From the NCBI GenBank assembly GCA_000175855.1, contig ACYB01000047.1, positions 67,800 through 99,799 on the forward strand: a DNA stretch of 32,000 nt, written 5' to 3'. A program made the translations under genes and the position numbers. The stretch comes from Raphidiopsis brookii D9. GTDB lineage: Bacteria; Cyanobacteriota; Cyanobacteriia; Cyanobacteriales; Nostocaceae. The notes beneath the pieces are model-generated. The model searched no databases, was not told where the DNA came from, and saw nothing but the letters and a program-made list of their open reading frames with translations. Below are positions 26,214-32,000 of this stretch, piece by piece (position 1 is the stretch's first letter; the number at the start of each line of letters is the position of its first letter).

Positions 26214-26781
26214 ACTGTAGAATCTCAATCATGGAAATTTAGCTCCGATTACCAGTGATACCTTTAATAGTGCTATTAATAATGCTATGGTGATTACCTC
26301 AAATAAAATGTCTAGGAGTGTTTTCTGCGAGTGTGCTCTAAATCTACAATAATGAAGATAGGGTTCGCTCTCATTGCTCATTCAGTTGCTAACCTGATTG
26401 TAACCAATTTTACCAATAATTGGGTAAATCGGCGGTTTATCTTGGTTAAAAATCAGACTCACATCGACTAGAATCCCCTGAGTCTCAACAGTTAAAAACC
26501 CTCCCCTTGCTGGTTAGTTGTTTACCTATCAGGTCTTGGTGTAACTAATTATGAGAAGTGTTAAAAAATTGCTGAGATGAGAAGGGTTGTAGTCTGGTAA
26601 AATCTGGAATTGTGGTACGGGGGTTTACCCAGAGCCTGTCTCTGAGGAAAACCTCCATGTCATTTGTTTACGAGAGTCTAAGGGAACGGGTAAATCGTTG
26701 GCAATAGTAGACTATGAGGATATACAGGTAAGAACCAGATAACAAGAAAAATGATGTTTTGACCAAAGGCCAGTTCACTGC

Positions 26782-29115
26782 ATGGAATTTTCAATCGCTA
26801 CACTCCTTGCCAATTTTACCGATGACAAATTGGTAGCTAGGAAGGTTCTGGAAAAAAAATTGGGTTGTGAAGATGAGGATAGTTTGGAAAAACTTCATAT
26901 TGCTCTGGAGGTGCTCGAAAAAGTTGGACTTTTAGTTAAAGACCGAGGTAAGTATCGCCGCATATCGGAGGAGGGGCTGATAGAAGCGAAGCTGCGCTGT
27001 TCCAGCAAGGGATTTTGTTTTGCTATCCAGGATCCCGAAGGTGCAGAGGATATTTACATTCGGGAAAGTCATCTTAGTCACGCTTGGAATGGAGACCGCG
27101 TATTAGTTCGGATCCTAAAGGAGGGAAGTCGTCGTCGTTCTCCTGAAGGTGAGGTAAAGTTGATTTTAGAGCGATCTAATCACACTTTATTGGCACGGAT
27201 TAAGCAAGTGGAAGGAGGTTTTCGTGCGGTACCTTTAGATGACCGATTGCTGTTTGAATTGAAATTGGTGAGCAGTGGAATTAATTTGCAAGACGCTATC
27301 GATCATCTGGCACATGTGGAGGTGATCCGCTATCCATTGGCACAATATCCCCCCCTGGGTCGGGTTGTACAAATTCTCGGCACGGATGCTGAAGCTGCTG
27401 CTGATATAGATTTAGTTACATGCAAACACGACTTATCCAGGAATTTTGCAGAAAATGTATTAGATGCAGCAGCTAGGTTACCGAAAAATCTCCTCAAGGC
27501 TAATTTGCGCGAGCGTCTGGATTTAAGGAGTGTATTTACTCTGTCCATAGAGGGGGTAGATGGGGATGGAGTGGTGGAAAATGCTTTTAGTCTGGAGAAA
27601 CATTCTGTCACCACTTGGCAATTAATGGTTCACATTACAGATTTGTCTGTCTATATCCACCCAGATGAAATGTTGGATCGGGAAGCTCTGAAACGGGGAA
27701 AAACTATTCACCTTGGCAATCTCATCTTACCCATGTTACCCCATACAGTAGCAGAGTGCTGTTCTTTGCTACCCGGTAGCGATCACCTGGCTTTGTCTTT
27801 CATCATCAATATTGATATTGAGAAGAGACAGATTACCGAGTGGGAAATTCAACCGAGTGTAGTCAATGTTGATACAAGTATTACCCGTGAACAGGCCCAG
27901 TTGTTCCTTGCAGGTGAGTCATCAGAGTTAACCCGGGTGATAGAGATGTTAAATGATTTAACATCTTTGGCTCAAATCATCAAGAAAGAGCGTTTATCTC
28001 GTGGTTGCTTAGAGCTCAATCTACCGCTTAGGTACAATCCCTACCATGATGAAGGTAGTATGGGGCAATTATTCCTGATGATTCACCACTGGGATCGGTT
28101 TTTGAGGGAATTAATCCTCATGGTTAATCAGTTAATGGCCCAACATCTGAGTGCTTTGGATGTTCCAGCACTTTGGCGTGTTCAGGGATCTCCCGATTCT
28201 CAAGATGTTCAGGAAATGCTAAAACTGGCAGTTAACTTGGGTGTGGAATTAATCATAGACCCTGAGTTGGAAATTCAATCTGTGGATTATCAACATTTAA
28301 CTGGTGTTTTTGCTGAATCCCCATCAGAACAGGTTTTGACTTACTTACTACAGGATACTCTAAAACCTGCTGTTTATAGCACTGTTAAAGCACCTCACTT
28401 TGGATTAGCATTACCAGCGTATATACACTTTAGCTCCCCTTTACGGCGCTATCCAGACCTAATTATGCAAAGAGTATATCATGCTGTTCTTGAGTATGGG
28501 CGCGATCGCCGTAATAGTCGTGTCAAAGAGCGGGTTAATCTACGTCATTCTTCTTCTCATCAAGAAATTAACTGGAATGTTTTACCTCCGGAACTACAAC
28601 AAGAGCTACAAACAGATTTAAACAGAATTATTGTCCAGATTAATGAGAGAGAGAAACAAGTTTATGATGCTGAAACTGATCTAGCTGGACTACAAAAAGC
28701 ACAGGTGATGAAACAGCGGATTAACCAAAATCTTCCTGGTGTGATTACTGGGGTTCAATCCTTACGGTTTTTTGTGGAAATAGAAGTTCCCCCAACGGAG
28801 GAAGTTAGTTCTCATTTGACCACCCCTTTACGGGTAGAGGGATTGGTTCACGTTAGTTCTCTCAAGGATGATTGGTATGAATACCGTGCTCGACAACAAG
28901 CCCTATTTGGTAGAAAAAACCGCGCTTCCTATCGCTTAGGAGATCAGGTCTTTGTACAAGTCAAAAGTGTAGACTACTATCGTCAACAAATTGATTTAGT
29001 CACTACTGGAGCAGATGGTAATATTAATGGTCTGGAAATAACCATTACTAATGATGACACATCAAATATCTACCTATCTGGTCAAACCCCACCCTTTGAT
29101 ATTGATATGGACTAA
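26782..29115 (+). CDS. RNase II/R (RNB) family protein with C-terminal S1 domain; catalytic motif I is non-canonical
   Basis: The RNB core is recognisable: VHITDLSVYI...LDREALKRGKTIHL...PMLP...CSL and HFGLALPAYIHFSSPLRRYPDLIMQR. An S1-like C-terminus is present (GLVHVSSLKDDWYEY...GDQVFVQVKSVD). The expected DxDDA motif reads VVENA. Confidence 0.88.
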   Translation: MEFSIATLLANFTDDKLVARKVLEKKLGCEDEDSLEKLHIALEVLEKVGLLVKDRGKYRRISEEGLIEAKLRCSSKGFCFAIQDPEGAEDIYIRESHLSHAWNGDRVLVRILKEGSRRRSPEGEVKLILERSNHTLLARIKQVEGGFRAVPLDDRLLFELKLVSSGINLQDAIDHLAHVEVIRYPLAQYPPLGRVVQILGTDAEAAADIDLVTCKHDLSRNFAENVLDAAARLPKNLLKANLRERLDLRSVFTLSIEGVDGDGVVENAFSLEKHSVTTWQLMVHITDLSVYIHPDEMLDREALKRGKTIHLGNLILPMLPHTVAECCSLLPGSDHLALSFIINIDIEKRQITEWEIQPSVVNVDTSITREQAQLFLAGESSELTRVIEMLNDLTSLAQIIKKERLSRGCLELNLPLRYNPYHDEGSMGQLFLMIHHWDRFLRELILMVNQLMAQHLSALDVPALWRVQGSPDSQDVQEMLKLAVNLGVELIIDPELEIQSVDYQHLTGVFAESPSEQVLTYLLQDTLKPAVYSTVKAPHFGLALPAYIHFSSPLRRYPDLIMQRVYHAVLEYGRDRRNSRVKERVNLRHSSSHQEINWNVLPPELQQELQTDLNRIIVQINEREKQVYDAETDLAGLQKAQVMKQRINQNLPGVITGVQSLRFFVEIEVPPTEEVSSHLTTPLRVEGLVHVSSLKDDWYEYRARQQALFGRKNRASYRLGDQVFVQVKSVDYYRQQIDLVTTGADGNINGLEITITNDDTSNIYLSGQTPPFDIDMD

Positions 29116-29230
29116 CTACTTGTGGATTAAAGTTAAAAGGCTAGGGGTTTAAGATAAATCTTTGTCCTAATGCCTTTTGACATTTATTAACCTTGCCCAA
29201 TTTTACCTGCTAACTTTTTTGAGAACCTTC

Positions 29231-29881
29231 GTGTCTAATCACATTGATAAAATTAATAATGGCGGCAATCATAGCAAACCCCTAATTATAGGAGTATCTG
29301 GAGCATCTGGTTTGATTTATGCTGTGCGCGCCCTCAAGTTTCTACTAGAATCCGATTATAGTATAGAACTAGTTGCCTCTAAATCTACTTATACAGTTTG
29401 GCAAGCAGAGCAAAACATCCGTATGCCTCCGGAAGCGATCGCTCAGGAGCAATTCTGGCGATCGCAAGCTGGTGTAAGCTCCATGGGAAAATTACGTTGT
29501 CATCCCTGGAGCGATGTAGGTGCTGGTATTGCTAGTGGTTCTTTTAGGAGCTTAGGGATGATTATTATTCCTTGTAGCATGAGTACGGTGGCTAAACTAG
29601 CGGTAGGTTTAAGTTCGGACTTGCTAGAAAGAGCAGCAGATGTACAAGTTAAGGAAGGACGTAAACTAGTAATTGTGCCCAGAGAAACCCCCTTGAGTTT
29701 GATTCACCTGCGGAATTTAACCACCCTAGCAGAAACTGGAGTTAGGGTTGTCCCCGCCATTCCTGCTTGGTATCATAATCCCAAGAGCATAGAGGATTTA
29801 GTGGATTTTGTGGTTGCTCGTGCTTTAGATCAATTAGACATTGATTGTATACCCATTAAGCGCTGGCAAGGTCATATTTAA
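29231..29881 (+). CDS. ubiX: Flavin prenyltransferase UbiX
   Basis: LIIGVSGASGLIYA...IIPCSMSTVAKLA.G...L.RAADV.LKE.RKLV.VPRETPL are UbiX/Pad1 signatures. The start is uncertain: TTG at 29177 or GTG at 29231. Confidence 0.85.
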   Translation: MSNHIDKINNGGNHSKPLIIGVSGASGLIYAVRALKFLLESDYSIELVASKSTYTVWQAEQNIRMPPEAIAQEQFWRSQAGVSSMGKLRCHPWSDVGAGIASGSFRSLGMIIIPCSMSTVAKLAVGLSSDLLERAADVQVKEGRKLVIVPRETPLSLIHLRNLTTLAETGVRVVPAIPAWYHNPKSIEDLVDFVVARALDQLDIDCIPIKRWQGHI

Positions 29882-29885
29882 AAAG

Positions 29886-29914
29886 TTGACAAGAGAGAAA
29901 ATGAGCTAGATAAT
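29886..29914 (+). promoter_or_regulatory. Near-consensus sigma70-type promoter ahead of the DUF3285-ybeY-dgkA-trpG gene string
   Basis: TTGACA (29886-29891), a 17-nt spacer, then GATAAT (29909-29914), about 60 nt upstream of the ATG at 29976. Confidence 0.3.
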
Positions 29915-29975
29915 AGTAGTAGGTAAATTTAAAGGTCAAATATTTCAAATATTTACGGACAACCGTATAGAGATT

Positions 29976-30131
29976 ATGAGTAACACCCCTGCAAACGAAT
30001 CAAAACCCAGCTATGTGAAGCTGGCAATGCGAAATATGGTCAGAAAAGGTGGCACGTCCCTCAAACATTTCGGACTAACTGCCATGGGACTGTTAGGTGT
30101 TTTGGTTGGTCTGGCATACCTCACTCGCTAA
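29976..30131 (+). CDS. DUF3285-family small membrane protein (51 aa)
   Basis: MSNTPANESKPSYVKLAMRNMVRKGGTSLKHFGLTAMGLLGVLVGLAYLTR has a conserved-looking basic segment and one TM helix. It matches my memory of the cyanobacterial DUF3285 family. It is below the ORF-track cut-off. Confidence 0.6.
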   Translation: MSNTPANESKPSYVKLAMRNMVRKGGTSLKHFGLTAMGLLGVLVGLAYLTR

Positions 30132-30145
30132 ATAAAGGAAATTCT

Positions 30146-30670
30146 GTGTCCTCCCAAACCCAAGTACAGACTCAATTACAAGTTGAGTTGTTTGTTGAAA
30201 ATAGTTATCACTTGAACTTGACTAATCAAGTATCAGAAGAAAGATGGTATGTGTGGTTTAGCCAGTGGTTGAACCTACTTGCTGTCAAACTGCCAAGGGC
30301 TTTGAGTTATGAAATCGGATTGCAGTTAACCAATGATGCCCAAATTCAAGAATTGAATGCCCAATATCGTCAGAAAGACCAACCCACAGATGTTTTGGCC
30401 TTTGCTGCACTAGAGAATAATTTCCCCTACACCGAGGAAATGCTAGCCAGTCAACCCTTATATTTGGGTGATATTGTCATATCCATAGATACCGCCATTC
30501 GTCAAGCTCAGGAGCGGGAACATAATTTGACTACAGAGTTAGCTTGGTTGAGTGCCCATGGTTTATTACATCTTTTGGGCTGGGATCATCCTGATGAGCA
30601 AAGTTTAATAGAGATGTTAAACAAACAATCCATGCTGCTAAAATTAGTTGGCATTGTTAGCAGTATTTAA
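30146..30670 (+). CDS. ybeY: rRNA maturation endoribonuclease YbeY
   Basis: The zinc-binding motif HGLLHLLGWDH and the DVLAF...LGDIVIS pattern are present. GTG start. Confidence 0.9.
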   Translation: MSSQTQVQTQLQVELFVENSYHLNLTNQVSEERWYVWFSQWLNLLAVKLPRALSYEIGLQLTNDAQIQELNAQYRQKDQPTDVLAFAALENNFPYTEEMLASQPLYLGDIVISIDTAIRQAQEREHNLTTELAWLSAHGLLHLLGWDHPDEQSLIEMLNKQSMLLKLVGIVSSI

Positions 30671-30847
30671 GTGGGTTACAACCAGTTTTCAACCGCGTTA
30701 AAAATCTCTGTCCAACAAGGTTAGATTGACAGTAATTCTGTCACAAATTGTTTAAAGTTATGACAAATTCAAATTAGTCCCTTAGAATGTGTTCAGTCTC
30801 CTCCCACCCATTCTGATTACACTTAATTTTTGAATCTCCAACATCCT

Positions 30848-31318
30848 ATGTTCCCTAAGAGTTCAATACCACCAACACCACCAAAGCGTTTACCAAAAAT
30901 TGTATCTTCGGAAAGGGAATTTTCTTGGCAAATAGCTTCTAACTTACTTGCCAGCTTTAAATACGCTTGGGCTGGTATCAGTTATGGTTTTCAGACCCAG
31001 CGTAACTTTAGGATTCATGTAGCTGCTTGTGCTTTTGTGATTGGTTTGAGTATTTTTCTGCATCTTAAACCAGTAGAAATAGCCATAATTAGCATTACAA
31101 GTGGTTTAGTTTTAACATTGGAGTTAGTTAATACAGCCATTGAGTCTCTGGTGGATTTAACTGTTAAGCAGACCTATCATGAATTGGCGAAAGTGGCCAA
31201 AGACTGTGCTGCTGGTGCTGTGCTTGTCTCAGCAATGGTATCACTAATAGTAGCAACTACACTATTACTTCCTCCTTTACTACGTTTAATCACAACTACA
31301 TTCTTATTAGAATGGTAG
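30848..31318 (+). CDS. dgkA: Diacylglycerol kinase DgkA
   Basis: Three TM helices and the ELVNTAIESLVDL motif. The ATG at 30848 is preferred over the TTG at 30830. Confidence 0.85.
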   Translation: MFPKSSIPPTPPKRLPKIVSSEREFSWQIASNLLASFKYAWAGISYGFQTQRNFRIHVAACAFVIGLSIFLHLKPVEIAIISITSGLVLTLELVNTAIESLVDLTVKQTYHELAKVAKDCAAGAVLVSAMVSLIVATTLLLPPLLRLITTTFLLEW

Positions 31319-31355
31319 TTTTGGTCTTTTTAATTAACAATTGTGGGTGCGAATT

Positions 31356-31943
31356 GTGATTATAGTCATTGATAATTACGATAGTTTTACATACAACTTG
31401 GTGCAGTATTTGGGGGAGCTGGCAGTGGAATTTCCCGCTGCTGCGGATCTAAAAGTTTTTCGTAACGATAAAATTACAGTGGAGGAAATGAGAGAATTAA
31501 AACCCCATGGACTAGTGATTTCTCCTGGTCCTGGTCGTCCTGAAGACGCGGGGATTTCTCTGGATGTAATTGAAAAGTTGGGTTCCAGCTTGCCAATTTT
31601 GGGTGTTTGTTTAGGTCATCAAAGTATTGGCAAAGTATTTGGGGGTAAAGTTGTTGCAGCAACAGAATTGATGCATGGTAAAACATCTCCAGTGCTTCAC
31701 AACAGTGTGGGAGTATTTCAAGGATTGGAAAATCCTATTACCGCTACAAGATATCATAGTTTAGTCATTGAGCGTGAAACCTGTCCCGATATATTAGAAA
31801 TTACTGCTTGGGTAGAAGATGGAACAATCATGGGAGTGCGACATAGGAATTATCCTCATATCCAAGGTGTGCAATTTCATCCAGAGAGTGTGTTAACCAT
31901 AGCTGGTAAGCAGTTACTGTCTAATTTTCTCCGGGAATTATGA
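31356..31943 (+). CDS. trpG: Anthranilate/aminodeoxychorismate synthase component II (TrpG/PabA glutamine amidotransferase)
   Basis: [21 protein letters not shown], the catalytic Cys in GVCLGHQ, and His/Glu in QFHPES. GTG start at 31356. Confidence 0.9.
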   Translation: MIIVIDNYDSFTYNLVQYLGELAVEFPAAADLKVFRNDKITVEEMRELKPHGLVISPGPGRPEDAGISLDVIEKLGSSLPILGVCLGHQSIGKVFGGKVVAATELMHGKTSPVLHNSVGVFQGLENPITATRYHSLVIERETCPDILEITAWVEDGTIMGVRHRNYPHIQGVQFHPESVLTIAGKQLLSNFLREL

Positions 31944-32000
31944 TGGTAATTGACTACATATAATGGAAAGTGGCGATCAAGCGATCGCCCGAGGAATGTA

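Noticed and set aside
30727-30743. Palindrome TGACAG-taatt-CTGTCA upstream of dgkA, considered as an NtcA or other operator site. The overlapping TTGACA was considered as a -35 box.
   Set aside because: It does not fit GTA-N8-TAC. No acceptable -10 hexamer lies at 16-19 nt spacing. A single 6-bp-arm palindrome is expected by chance in AT-rich DNA.
1-32000. Mobile elements, prophage, genomic island, or toxin-antitoxin and known defence gene sets.
   Set aside because: I recognise no transposase, integrase or recombinase-like ORF, no terminal inverted repeats and no direct repeats flanking the tRNA. I also see no obvious compositional break. The window reads as core chromosome.

Overview
This window looks like a chromosomal, mostly housekeeping segment of an AT-rich cyanobacterium, probably Nostocales-like. 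The evidence for that is at least 13 HIP1 octamers (GCGATCGC), a ccmP carboxysome shell gene, and many cyanobacteria-typical DUF families. I support about 38 protein-coding loci and one tRNA-Arg(ACG). I found no rRNA, CRISPR array, transposase, integrase or phage genes.

Recognisable genes and blocks:
- sdhA (3' fragment at the window edge), glcD and an S4-domain gene
- moaC
- HAD hydrolase and queG
- plsX, fabH and fabD
- a small ORF, ccmP and a pentapeptide-repeat gene
- clpP
- an RNase II/R-family gene
- ubiX
- DUF3285, ybeY, dgkA and trpG

Most notable content:
1. A partner-switching signalling set is spread over two loci. A STAS antagonist sits tail-to-tail with a receiver-PP2C at 4.5-5.9 kb. 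A receiver-GAF-PP2C is translationally coupled to an RsbW-like kinase at 13.4-15.5 kb. No sigma factor gene is in view.
2. A papain-family cysteine peptidase has no signal peptide and no propeptide. It is fused through a poly-acidic linker to a helical domain that looks TerB-like by eye.
3. An RNase II/R-family protein lacks the canonical catalytic Asp cluster.
4. A putative PD-(D/E)XK-fold protein carries a 75-bp tandem duplication whose copies differ only at synonymous sites.
5. Several reading-frame anomalies occur in a PP2C metal-binding motif, an ankyrin gene, a DUF1350 gene and a small membrane-protein locus. The three indel-type cases can be repaired by 1-nt changes in or beside short mononucleotide runs or a CT tract. 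This points to either gene decay or homopolymer sequencing error.

All functional calls come from reading motifs by eye. No database search was possible.
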